64,000 bases of DNA, from contig NC_057749.1 in the NCBI RefSeq assembly GCF_004010195.1, forward strand, positions 10,223,939 through 10,287,938, given 5' to 3'. Position numbers and translations under genes: made by a program. Positions 38,545-50,939 of this stretch are shown piece after piece. The first letter of the stretch is position 1. Each line of letters opens with the position of its first letter. Under the pieces are notes generated by a model. It saw only the letters and a list, made by a program, of their open reading frames with translations. It was not told where the DNA came from and did no database searches. The DNA is from Chiloscyllium plagiosum. Taxonomy: Eukaryota.

Positions 38545-41158
38545 CTACAGAATGAATTATGATTCAGTTAATGATTCTGATATTATCATGGCCAAGTGTC
38601 TGATTTCCTTAATTAGTTATTAAAAAGTCATTTTGTGCTTTAGACGCCACTCTGAGGTAAAGTCAGACTTTTGTAGATAATATTCACAATTCATCCAGAG
38701 AATTATGAAGGTTGTACTTTGCACTAAGAATTAGCACAGCTCTGAAGTTTAATGACTGAGAAACGAATGTGGGTAACATGAGACTTTAAAATGAGAAGTT
38801 GCACCTTTCCAATTTGGCATGAGCAAATATAATTGGCGTATGCCTTTGTGTGGGGCTGACTTGATTCCCCATCACTGACAAAGTTATACCTTCTATAATA
38901 AGAAATGCAAACTGAAAATGTTGGAAATACTCAGAGGGTCAGGAAGCAACTGCAGTGAGTGAAACAAACAAGCTAGTGCAGTAGGAGGAAGTGAGGACTG
39001 CAGATGCTGGAGATCAGAGTCAAACAGTGTGGCGCTGGAAAAGCACAGCAGGTCAGGCAGCATCCGAGAAACAGGAGAGTTGATGTTTCAAGCATTAGCC
39101 TTTCATCATTCCTGAAGATTTGACACAGATTGTTGGATTGAGTGTGCATCTGGCGTACTTATGAAAAGATATTGACTCCCTGTGTCTGCAGGAGCCTTCC
39201 CATTCTCAAAGTGGTCTACCCAGATTGCTATGTGATATTGATTATTGAGAGGGACATTTTTACAATCCTGCATATTCCAAACTTTAGCAATGTAGATTGT
39301 GGGCAGAAATCTTCTCTGGACAAGTAAAAAGATATTAAAAACCCAGCTCAAACAGTTACACACTATATTATTTGCATTCCATGTGCTTTAAGCCTGAAAG
39401 CCATTGGATCAGAGAACTTCCAAAACCCAGGCTGGCCCAAATACGTTATCTGTGCATTTCATCAATTATAGAATGATTACAGCACCGAAGGAGGCTATTT
39501 AGTCCATCAGGACTGTGTCAGCTCCTTTCATGGTAAATAGATGTGGGTACAATTACAACATTTAAAAGACATTGAGAAACGTATATGACTAGGAAGGGTT
39601 GGGAGGGATATGGACCAGGAGCAGGCAGGTGAGAATAGTTTAGTTTGAGATTATGGTCGGCATGGATTGGTTGGACCGAAGGGTACGTTTCTGTGCTGAT
39701 TAACTCTATAACACCAGAGATGTTTGAAATGAGATGTCCTTTTCTTTTCCCTTCATTCAATGCCTGTAGTTGTCCCCTGGCTCAATGTGACCCTGAACCG
39801 AGTGGCTTACTAAAACTGAATGTAATTAACCAAATCAACACGTTGGAAAATATTGGGTTTTGTGATGCAGGTGCAATGCTGTAAAACAGCATTTAAAACT
39901 ATCAACATAAATTTTCCAACTTCTTTCAGTTCCAGAAAAGAATCAGAGTGGACTCCAAACAATAACTCGATTTCTCTCTTTCCACTGAGGCTGCTAGGCC
40001 AGCTCAAATTCTCCAGCACTTGTCTCTTTTTATTTCAGTTTGGTCAAACAGAACAAGGGAGAACCAATGAAACTTAGAAAGGGAATTTCAGAATGTGTAG
40101 TCAGTAAGACCATAGCAAAGCTCAAGAGACCTGAAATGAAGGCGCCTAGTGATCTTGAAAAATTGTGGACTAGATTATAGAGGGCGGTGGCAGGTGGAGT
40201 AGAGTGGAAAAGGGAAGGTGTTGGGTCAAAGGGAGAGCTATGCACTGCAGGAGGAGAAAGGGGTATTACAAAGTGCTCAAAGATAACTGCAGTCTTTGGG
40301 CACTCATCAGGAATTGGGTGCTTCCAGGTTTTTCAGAATACAATCGGTGGATTTTGGAAATCATTGAAACAGAGTTCTGACTAAGGGACACTGATTTCTC
40401 TCCACAGATGCTGTCCTTCTTGCTGAGCTTTTCCAGCAACTTGTTCTTGTTTCTGGTTTCCAGCATCCACTGTTCTTTCGGGTTTTATTTAAACAGGGTT
40501 AAATGTTGGCTTTCAGGTTAGGCCGGGCAAGCGCCAAAGACAGTCCTTGCTGGGTGCCTCACCCTTACACAGCCGGACTTTTCAAAGTCCAGGAAGTTGT
40601 AGCTTCAAGAGAGCCACAGGAAGAGATTGGAGATACTTGAGCCACATTCTCATTCCCGGGCTGTGGGGAAGCAGTGGACCACTCTCCCCTTAGGGCAGGA
40701 TACAGATTAAATTTACTAAGTCGTTCTGTTTTAATGCGCGTTTTGTCACTTTAAGAGCTGTTTCTAAAGTGCGACTGTCCTATAACGCTGGGCTGCACAA
40801 GAACTTTATATGGTTTACGGTCAACAATCCTCTGTCTGCCTAACCCCTTCATCTCTCTCTCCCTCTCTGGGCTCTTTCTCCACCGATCTCCCATCTCTCC
40901 CCCTCCATACCCTACAAATACCACTTTATCCTAACTGGATCAGCTCTGATGAAGACTAACCAAAATCTAAACGTTAACACTGCTTTCTCTGCCCACAGAT
41001 ATTACCAGATCTGCTGATTTTCACCAGTAATTTCTACGCGTTTTCAGATTAAGTTACATCTTAGCATACTCATTAGAAAACATAACATTGTGTCTCTGTT
41101 GTGAAATTTACAACACGATATCATTTAATATATTTTTTAAAAAGTAAATTGCACATAC

Positions 41159-41216
41159 CTACAATAACAGCTCCAACAAAAAGGCTTACAATAATTCTGC
41201 AGAAGGAGTAAACTCT
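41159..41216 (-). CDS. DUOXA: DUOXA coding exon 2
   Basis: TTTCAG acceptor, G|GTATGT donor, 58 bp. Encodes RVYSFCRIIVSLFVGAVIV. Confidence 0.92.
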
Positions 41217-41280
41217 CTGAAAATATAAATCAAACAGGCAACATTTTAAACAAACGAATAAACATATTGTTCACTAAGAA

Positions 41281-41490
41281 TTGGAGATGCCGGTGGTGGA
41301 CAAAGTTAAAAATCACACAACACCAGGTTCTAGTGCAGCAGGTTTATTCGGAAGCACTAGCTTTCGAAGCGCTGCCCCTTTTAAGTGGTTATATCCCATA
41401 ACCAGCTGATGAAGGAGCAGTGCCTCGAAAGCTAGTGCTTCCGAATAAACCTGTTGGACCATAGCCTGGTGTTGTGTGATTTATAACTTT
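41281..41490. mobile_element. Fold-back Penelope-derived short element (family A) in DUOXA intron
   Basis: About 80-bp inverted arms; CTGATGA...GAAAGCTAGTG at 41406-41437. Confidence 0.8.
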
Positions 41491-41832
41491 ATTCATTCGT
41501 TTCATATTGCGTGTTTCGTTAGACTCAATGTTAAAAACCGCCTCCAAATTTCGTGAATTTGTCAACGTTGACCGACAGGAACGAATTGACTCGGAATCAA
41601 CTCCCTGCAGTGAAAATGGGAACCACGACTTTGAAGCGGAAAAATAATTTCAGCGCACAACCCCCAGTCCCCACACCCCCACAACCCTCTCTCCCTTTCT
41701 GTTCTGGGGGTCGAAAGAAGGGTGTCTGGCGTTTGAAATGTCACTATAAGATCGAAAGCGACAAACTGCAGTGGATAATGAGACCAATTCTGCGTCAGCA
41801 AAGACAGCGGGGAAAAAAAAACCAAGGCTTAC

Positions 41833-41979
41833 CCCTTTCCCTCTGATTCCCGGGAGGATAATGAGCAGCGTTAGGGTAAACACCAGGAATACCAGGATAA
41901 CCACGAGTAAGGTGATGGCAAAAATGAACGCTGTTCTGTCGTGGGGATAGAATGGTCGAATTCCATTGAAGAGAGTCAT
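41833..41979 (-). CDS. DUOXA: Dual oxidase maturation factor, first coding exon (exon acceptor at 42009)
   Basis: Encodes MTLFNGIRPFYPHDRTAFIFAITLLVVILVFLVFTLTLLIILPGIRGKG (PFYP and ILPGIRG motifs). 147 coding nt, GTAAGC donor, TCTCTGCAG acceptor 30 nt upstream of the ATG. Confidence 0.95.
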
Positions 41980-42799
41980 AATTGGCGATTGCACACGATC
42001 CTGTGTCAACTGCAGAGAGATTGAGAGACAAAATAGTTACGGGGTAATCAACTAAGAGCAGACTGCAAAACCCTCATGGTCATTTTTTCGCACAAAAAAT
42101 AAATTGCACATTCGGTTACATACATCCGAATTCAAATCCCAAACTGTTTCCGTTAAAAAAAATTGGGAATTTCGGATTAGTATAGTTCCACAGCGCATTT
42201 GACCCATCGCGCACCGTACTAGCCCAGGTCAATCCGCTCCATTCTAAGTCTACATCAGAGTGATGCTGGAAAAGCACAGCATCCCGAAGAGCAAAAGCCC
42301 TTAATCTACCCACTCCATTCCAGAATCCTTGCCCCTTCCCCACCCCGTCCTTGCAGCCCCGTGAATGACCACACACAATGTTGATCCACAACCACCTATT
42401 AAAGGAGCGCCACTCCGAAAGCTAGTGCTTCCAAGTCAACCTGTCCTGGTGTTGTGTGATTTTTAACTTCAGACGCAATGTATTCGCTTGTCCCCGTTCG
42501 TCTGAGGAATTTCCCGAGGCTTGGCGTTTCGTTTTTTCTCCCCAAGGGAAGCGCATCAGAAGTCACAACCTCAGCTCCTGAAGTGAACACTATCTGGAAA
42601 ACACTATCTCTTTCTCCTTCGACGTTGCCAGACCTTGCAGCACTTCTGTCTGTCTGTGTGTGTCTCCTGTTTCTGCTAAATTCAGCATCTGCAAACAACT
42701 TGCTTCTGAATTAGATTCTAAAGTTTAACTGGTATCAGTGGTCCCTTAGAACTAACCAAATTCCTATTTTCTCTACATCGTGTAAAATAAACGCTCTAA

Positions 42800-43350
42800 C
42801 GGTTTGAACAGGCTTCGGAAAGATTGGAAATGAGCAGAGATGGTCTCTTTCTCACCCAGAGAGAAAAAAAATCTCGAACCAATTGTCCCGTCGCACGGAA
42901 TATTACGAGTGGTTCTTGCGTCTGTCCTCAGTCCCATCCTATTTATACACACCGTTTTTTTTTAATCTCATTTGGGCTTTGTTCCAGCTTTGCGTCAGGT
43001 GTAATACAAAAAGGGATGGGGAATTTTTCATTTCCCCGGCCCCTGAACATCTCTTCCTTCCTGGTATCAATGCAAATTGCTGTCCCTCCCCACCCTCTAC
43101 GTAACGCTGAGACCTCCCTCACCTGGACTGCACAGTCCCCAGGTCGGCCTTCTCTCTCTCTCTCCACCCCTAAACCCGTCCAAATTTCGGGTGAACGGGC
43201 GACAGCAGACAACTGCGTGAACTGTGAGCGCCGCGGGCCGTCCACGCTCTGTCGGTGAGTCTCAATGTTCGCTCTAGTTCCCGGGCAATTGTGGTTAGAT
43301 TCAGGGAGGCTGTGAGCTGAGATCTCCGCCCCCATCCCTCTTGGTCAAAA
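42800..43350. promoter_or_regulatory. Putative bidirectional DUOXA/DUOX promoter and non-coding first exons
   Basis: Locally CpG-rich, non-repetitive sequence between the divergent genes. Outward-facing splice donors: minus-strand CAG|GTGAGG (exon end 43123) and plus-strand TCG|GTGAGT (exon end 43254). Both first coding exons begin with acceptors, so upstream exons are required. Confidence 0.55.
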
Positions 43351-45311
43351 CCTTCTTTGTCTCCAAGATTTACTTAGGGAATTAATTGTTTTTTTGCGGA
43401 TGATCAGACTGGGCAGAACTCAGCTCAGCAACAAGGCAAAACCTATAACATTTGAATAGCTCTCCCTCTTTCATTCGGCTTTCTTAGCCAACCCATTCTA
43501 CACTTTAAATCTCTCTCTCTCACTCACTTGTCTTTCTTAGCCAATTTCTACACTTTAAATCTCTCTCTCTTGTCATTCTGAGTCAACTAATTTCTACACT
43601 TCAAACCTCTCTCTCTGGTCTTAGCTCATAGAGTCATAGAGATGTACAGCATGGAAATAGACGCTTCGGTCCTGACCAGATATCCCAATCCAATCTAATC
43701 CCACCTGCCAGTCACCGGCCCATACCCCTCCAAACCCTTCCTATTCATAGACCCATCCAAATGCCTCTTAAATGTTGCAATTGTACCAGCCTCCACCACT
43801 TCATCTGGCAGCTCATTCCTCCACACTTCAAACCTCTCTCTCTCTTTCTCTCTGGTCTTAGCTCATCTCCACACTTCAAATCTCTATCTCTCTCGCACAC
43901 ACATAATTCTTAGGGTGAGTCAGTTTATTTCAACGCTCCAGATCGCTGTCTCTTGTTTTTCTGAGTTAGTCAGTTCATTTCTGCTTCTCAAATCTCTCTC
44001 CAACCCTCGGAGACGGCGGCACTTTGATTTTTTTTTTGTCACGGGGAGGTGACCCACCGACGGACCTCGGGAGGTAGCATCACATTCGGAAAGACTGGCG
44101 CTCCCTCATCCAGTTGTGTACCGGCTGTTTGCTAACCTCTCATCGCATCGCATCGCTGCTCGCCCCGGCGGGTTTAACGGCATCCCAGAATCGTTACGGT
44201 GCAGGAAGAGGCCATTCGGCCCTGACGACATCCGTTCTGTCACTGTGAGAGCAGCCAATGATGTTAATGTTGGTTAGTAAAGTGCATGTTACAGACATAG
44301 TGGAATGAGAGGGACGGATAATGGTCATAACGTGAAGATGCTCATAGTCCAAACCACGATAAGCCGCCAGGGAGCGCTCTTGTGGCGGAATCCTACCCCT
44401 GCTCGATCCCTGTGTTTTAGTATCTCTTGATTAACGGGGAAAAGCTACAGTCTTCAACAGACCCGTGTTCAAACCCCGCTGCCAGCGTTTATATTTAAAT
44501 TAAACTGTCATTCTGAAATGCAAAAAGTTAAAAATCACACCACACCAGGTTATAGTCCAACAGGTTTATTTGGAAGCACTAGCTTTCGGAGTGCTGCTCC
44601 CTCATCAGGTGGTTGTGGAGAAATGTCTTATTCGCCACAGTCTGACACAGCATTGGGACAGAGGCAGACTTCACGCCTACTGTTTAAAAAGCTGAGCTAT
44701 CTTGAGAATGTAATTTAAAAGAAGTTCTGGGATTTACATCTCAAAGAACAGAAACCAGCATATCCCGTTGTAAAAGATGAAAGTTTTAATCTAAGATGGT
44801 TTACTGTATCACATCTCCATGACACTGGACTCCTCTGGCTATAAATTCTGTGAGCATGATGTTAACCTCCACAATCACCTGATAAAACGCTCTGAAAACT
44901 AGTGCGAAGGGTCTGTTGTTGCGCTGTATGACTCAACGTTTCTATATAAATGCATGGTGTCGACTAGGTTAGTTGACAGGCCCAGTCAAAGGGCACTATT
45001 CCAGGGCAATGGTTAGGAGAATGGAGGGTTGGAAAGGAGAAGGGCAAATCCTTGTCCAAACATTCGTTCGCTCTCAATCACATGGAGAAATGAGACAGTA
45101 TACCGCGGAACGAGTGGGGGCGGGACGTATAGAAATAGCTGGTACAGAATTTCAGCAGCTCTGGCAGCATCCATGGAGAGAACGCAGAGTTAATATTTTT
45201 AGTAGATCCCAGGAGGGGTTTGGGATTCAGAAATTCCTGTTGGGAATCAGTACCAGTTAAACCCAGTGCACCGTAATCCGTATAGTTTTTTCCTCCCTTT
45301 TTTAACACCCG

Positions 45312-45570
45312 GACCAACCAACCCAACCGCCCCGTGGCTCAACACTTCAACTCCCCCTCCCACTCCACCAAGGACATGCAGGTCCTTGGACTCCTCCATC
45401 GCCAGACCATAGCAACACAACGGTTGGAGGAAGAGCGCCTCATCTTCCGCCTAGGAACCCTCCAACCACAAGGGATGAACTCAAGAAGGGCTCATGCCCG
45501 AAATGTCGATTCTCCTGTTCCTTGGATGCTGCCTGACCTGCTGCACTTTTCCAGCAACACATTTTCAGCT
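45312..45570 (+). mobile_element. Penelope-like element fragment (GIY-YIG C-terminus plus terminal repeat)
   Basis: Encodes VAQHFNSPSHSTKDMQVLGLLHRQTIATQRLEEERLIFRLGTLQPQGMN. Confidence 0.85.
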
Positions 45571-47299
45571 CCGTAATCCTGACAATCCAATTGATGCAAA
45601 CACAGTGCAGCCTAGTCAACACGGCAAGGAGAAATATTTAACATTGACTGGAATTCTTGCATTTAAAACATTAAATAGGGTAAATTTTCAAAGACGGGGC
45701 ATTTGAGAAGTTGCAATCAGCAGTTAGTGAACATGTAGAGAGAGAGAAAAATCCCAGGATTCCTGCTGGACTAACTCCGCACCATCTCCAGGGAAATGAA
45801 CTGAATAAATTTATCCTTAATCTGATTAAGATCCCCTCCAATCGAAGCTTCTCAAATTGAAATCTGTGAAACGAAACAAAAACGTAGCTGGAGAAACTCA
45901 GCAGGACTTGCGGAATCTGCGGAGAGAGAAACAGGGTGAGCATTGCAGGTCCAGAACTCAATTTGCAGAAACAAGACGAAAATGGCTGGAAAAGCTCCGA
46001 GTTAATTTCTCTACACAGATGCTGCCAGACCTGTTCAGCTTTTCCAACAATTTCTGGATCGTTTCTGATTTCCAGCATCCGCAGTCCTGTTGGTTTTTAT
46101 TCAGCACTTTGACCCCGCTCCAGTATTCTGGATTAGGACTGATCAAGGCTTCCTTTATTTTGAGGACAAGTATGTACGAATTTATGACAATTCTGACAAT
46201 TCCCATGTTAAGAGCTCAACCGATTATGTCGAATCTGTGGAGAGAAATCAGAGTTAACATTTCTGGTCCAGTGCCCCTTCCTCAGAACTCCATTAATATT
46301 TGGCTCAATTATCATGAAGTTAATTTGTTTTCGTCTGCATCTCTCAATTAGGTCTGTTTGGTTTTTAAAGAAAAGCTCCTTCTCATTTTGTACCGGAGTT
46401 ACGGCTTGAGAAATCTAAACCATATCCCCCCTCCCCCCCCCCCAACAGACACCCATGTGTTATGTCCACGTCGAGACCCCCCATTCCGTTCCCTGCCTGA
46501 CCGCCGGGGGCGCTCCAGCTGCTCCTGACTCGCCCCTTTGTAGGGTCCCACAGTAGATTAGAAGTTGAACTATTTTCGGAGCCCCCACCACAGCACAAGA
46601 GGGGAGTTAACACAAATAAAACAAGCAAAGATTTGGTCAGAGAGAGGATAAACCTGATGGGATGAAGAGACGAATGTTTAACCTGGAATCAAGCAGGCGA
46701 GGACAGCTTAAAGTGATGAAGTTGTTTAATATGCGGACATAAAATATTCATTCTACCTCTTACACTATAACCATATATCGTTTAAACAATGGACGAAATT
46801 TTTGAATATAAAATCACATAATATACTTAAATAATACATAATCCATTGGCTGTTTAAGTTAAATAGTTTATATGCGCACAACATTTTTCTTAGGAATCTC
46901 CTCTCTCTACAAGAGATTTTCCTGCTCCTCGGATGCTGCCTGACCTGCTGTGCTTTTCCAGCACCACACTAATCTAGACTCTGATCTCCAGCATCTGCAG
47001 TCCTCACTTTTGCCTAATTAATAAATATTGTCCAGTTGCTGGAAAAGCTCAGCAGGTCTGCCAGCATCTGTGGAAGGAATGTGCTCTGAGGAAGGGTCAC
47101 TCGCTCCGAAAGTTAACTTTGCTTTCTCTCCACAGATGCTGCCAGACCCGCTGAACTTTTCCAGCAATTTCTGCTTTGTTTCTCATTTCTAACATCTGCA
47201 GTTCTTTTTGGTTTTTAATATTGTGTATTAGTATATATTAACAATACATAATGCAATTCCTGTATAATGTTGAAGCAAATGACAAAATAGTTGGTTATA

Positions 47300-47605
47300 T
47301 AGAATCCCTACAGTGCAGAAAGAAAGAGGCCATTTGGCTCATCAAGTCTGTACTGAAGAGCATCGCAACCTATCCCTGTATTTCCCATGGCTTACCCACC
47401 TAGCACACTCTTAGATATGATGAGTAATTTAGCATGCCCAGTCTACCCTAACCCACATGGACTGTGGGAGGAAACTGGAGCACCCAGAGGAAACCCACAC
47501 AGACACGGGGAGAATGTACAAACTCCACACAGTCACCCAAGGGTGGAATCAAACCCGGGTCCCTGGCGCTGTGAGGCAGCAGTGCTAACCACTGAGCCAC
47601 CGTTC
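47300..47605 (-). mobile_element. HE1-type V-SINE
   Basis: Reverse copy with V-domain core and tRNA-like head. Confidence 0.85.
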
Positions 47606-47894
47606 TGTCCAAGTATATGTGTACATTAGTCATAATATTATCTAATGTATTCTATAACACAATAATGATATAAATGGTAAAAAAAAGTAGTGAAAGAGTT
47701 AAACATATGGCACATTAACTGTACTGTATAAAATATTTTTTTTTCTCTATACATGAACCAAAGGATCTTGGTTGTCACAGATTAACAATTGATAAATTTG
47801 AGAGTCTAATGTAATGAATAGGACATTTTCCTGAATCATCCAGGTAATTATCCAACCAGAATTTGTTTTTAAATGCCTTTTTAAAAGAGACTGA

Positions 47895-48373
47895 TTGTTG
47901 TGGTTCTGTTCGCTGAGCTGTGAATTTGTGTTGCAGACGTTTCGTCCCCTATCTAGGTGACATCTTCAGTGCTTGGAAGCCTCCTGTGAAGCGCTTCTGT
48001 GATGTTTCCTCTGGCATTTATAGTGATTTGTACCTGCCGCTTCCAGTTGTCAGTTCCAGCTGTCCGCTGCAGTGGCCGGTATATTGGGTCCAGGTCGATG
48101 TGCTTATTGGCACTCATCCACATTCAGTCAACAAGACCTGGACCCAATATACCGACCACTGCAGTGGACAGCGAGAACTGACAACTGGAAGCGGCAGATA
48201 CAAATCACTATAAATGCCAGAGGAAACATCACAGAAGCGCTTCACAAGAGGCTCCCAAGCACTGAAGATGTCAGCTAGACAGGGGACGAAACGTCTGCAA
48301 CACAAATTCCCAGCTCGGCGAACAGAACCACAACAACGAGCACCCGAGCTACAAATCTTCTCCCAAACTTTGA
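47895..48373. mobile_element. Penelope-like fold-back insertion (family C), 202-bp inverted arms
   Basis: Arms 47895-48096 and 48135-48336 with a 38-nt spacer. ORF end DLDPIYRPL; hammerhead core at 48259-48298; imperfect TSD AGACTG(A/G)TTGT at 47888-47898 and 48374-48384. Confidence 0.88.
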
Positions 48374-49547
48374 AGACTGGTTGTGCAGAGCCAAGCCCTT
48401 CACTTTGTGTTAGATATTTTATTGCTTTGGCATCCGCTGCCTTGTTCCAATCTGTGTGTAATCTTCAAAGATGACAGAGACTGATGACATTAGATTTACT
48501 GATGCCATTCACTGGAAATGTTTCCAGAGCCACAGAGGCAGACCACTTGGCCCATTGAGTCTATGCTAGCTCGCTGTATAGCAATCCAGTCTCTGGCCTT
48601 TGCTGAATAATCTTCAGAGCTTCCTACTGTCTGGACTCTGTGGTCCCATGAGAATTCTATTCCCCCGATCCATGTATACATCTCCCACCGGAGCACTCCT
48701 GCTGATCACTTCTGCAAATTATCCTGCAAAGAACAGTTGGACCACAACTCAATTGAAAGCAAAATATAGTGGACGCTGGAAATCTGAAACAACCGCAGAA
48801 TACTGGGGAAACTTAGCAGGAAGAGACATACTGACCTCTAAATCTTAACTCAATCTCTCTCTCTCTTTTTCTGTCCACGGATGCTGCCAGACCTGCTGAG
48901 TTTCTCCAGCATTCTGTGCTTATGTTTCAGTCAGACCTCAGTACTCACCCACAACATGTGAAAACCCAACAGTTGACGGACACAAAGATGATCAAATGAT
49001 GGTCATGGCCACCTACTGCTAGCCTGATAGTAGAACTTACATTTATATAACGCCTTTCATGACTTCAGGACATCCATGGACAGACAGCAAGCTAGTGTTT
49101 CGAGTCCAGATAGTAGAACTTACATTTACATAGCGCCTTTCATGATTTCATGGGCATCCCAAGGCAAATTACTCCCACTGACCTAATTAAAGGATAGTCA
49201 CTGTTGTGATATGGGAAACTCAAATTGCGCACAGAAAGCTCCCATGCACAACAATGAGACTAGGGGCCATATTATTAAAGTGAGAGGAGAAAGAAATATG
49301 GGCAATTTGTTTATAAAGAGGGTCATTCAGGTGTGGAATGAACTTCCTGAGGAAGTGGTGGATGTGGGTATACTAACAACATTTAAAAGATATTTGGATA
49401 AGTACATGAAGAGGAAAAGTTTGGAGGGATATGGGCCAGGAGTGGGTAGATGGGTCTAGTTTAGTTTGGGATTGGTTTGGCATGGACTAGTTGGAATGAA
49501 GGGTCTGTTTCCATGCTGTATGACTCTATGCCTGTGACTATAATGTA

Positions 49548-50225
49548 GTTGCTGGAAAAGCACAGCAGGTCAGGCAGCATCCGAGAAGCAAGAGAATCGA
49601 CATTTCGGGTATAAGATCTTCATCAGGAATGAGGCTTGTGGGCCAGGGGCTGAGAGATAACTGGGAGGTGGGTGGGGTTGGGGGGAAGGTAGCTGAGAAA
49701 GCAATAGGTGGAAGAAGGTGATAGGTCGGGGAGGCTGGAGCAGATAGATGGGAAAGGTGATGGACAGGTCCAGAGGGTGGTGCTGAGTTGGAGGCTTGGG
49801 ACTTGGATAATGTGGGGGAGAGGAAATGAGGAAACTGTTGAAATCCACATTTATCCCATGTGGCTGAAGAGTCCCAAGGCGGAATATGAGGCGTCCTTCC
49901 TCCAGATGTTGGGTGGTAACTGTTTGGCGATGGAGGAGGCCCAGGAACTGCATGTCCTTTCTGGAGTGGGAGGGGGAGTTGAAGTGTTCAGCCACAGGGC
50001 GGTGGGGTTGGTGGGTGCGGGTGTCCCAGAGGTGTCCTCTGAATCAATCCTCAAGAAGGCGTCTTGTCTCCCAGATGTACGGGAGACCACACTGGGTGAA
50101 ACAGATACAGTAGGTGACATTGGTAGAGGTACAGGTAAATTTCTGATGAACCGTGGAAGGATCCTTTGGGCCCAGCAACACGCTCTCGACTCTGATCTCC
50201 AGCATCTGCAGTCCTCACTTTCTCC
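49548..50225 (-). mobile_element. Penelope-like element fragment (GIY-YIG endonuclease)
   Basis: Minus strand reads ...CGLPYIWETRR..., then AEHFNSPSHS...LIFRLGTLQPHGINVDF, followed by a family B terminal repeat. Confidence 0.85.
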
Positions 50226-50638
50226 TATGCCTATAACTATGACCAGATCAGCAGATTTCTTTCTTAAATGATGTTGGTAGGATTCCAGTTATCTTCAAAA
50301 AAAGTTGCCATCAGGTCTTTAGCATCAGCCATTTACTAAATTAAGGAATGTCGGGATAGCCCAGGAAAAAAAGTGACTTTCAAATAGACTAGCCATGATC
50401 TCTTTGAATGGTGGAGTAGGTTCAAGAGACAAAATGGCTTCCTCCTGTTGCTATTTGCAATGTACTGAATGGGAGTATAGTGTGGCTCAGAAAAGGATTG
50501 AAAACTCAAGCCATTTCGCACAGCGGCGTTCTCTGTCAGATCCTGGTAACGTTTCATTTTCACTGCAATCCCTTTAATGGGTCAGCATTTCATAACAATC
50601 TCATGTTTCCATGTTTTATTATCTAACTGCCGATAAAT

Positions 50639-50936
50639 GGGCAGCACGGTGGCACAGTGGTTAGCACTGCTGCCTCACAGCGCCTGGTTCAATTCCCGCC
50701 TCAGGCAACTGTCTGTGTGGCGTTTGCACATTCTCCCGTGTCTGCGTGGGTTTCCTCCGGGTGCTCCAGTTTCCTCCTACAGTCTAAAAATGTGCAGGTT
50801 AGGTGAGTTGGCCATGCTAAATTGCCCGTAGTGTTAAGTGAAGGGGTAAAGGTCTAGGTGGGTTGCTGTTTGGAGGGTCGGTGTGGACTTGTTGGTCCGA
50901 AGGGTCTGTTTCCACACTGTAAGTAATCTAATCTAA
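50639..50936 (+). mobile_element. HE1-type V-SINE
   Basis: tRNA-like head, V-domain and (TAATC)n tail. Confidence 0.9.
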
Positions 50937-50939
50937 ATT

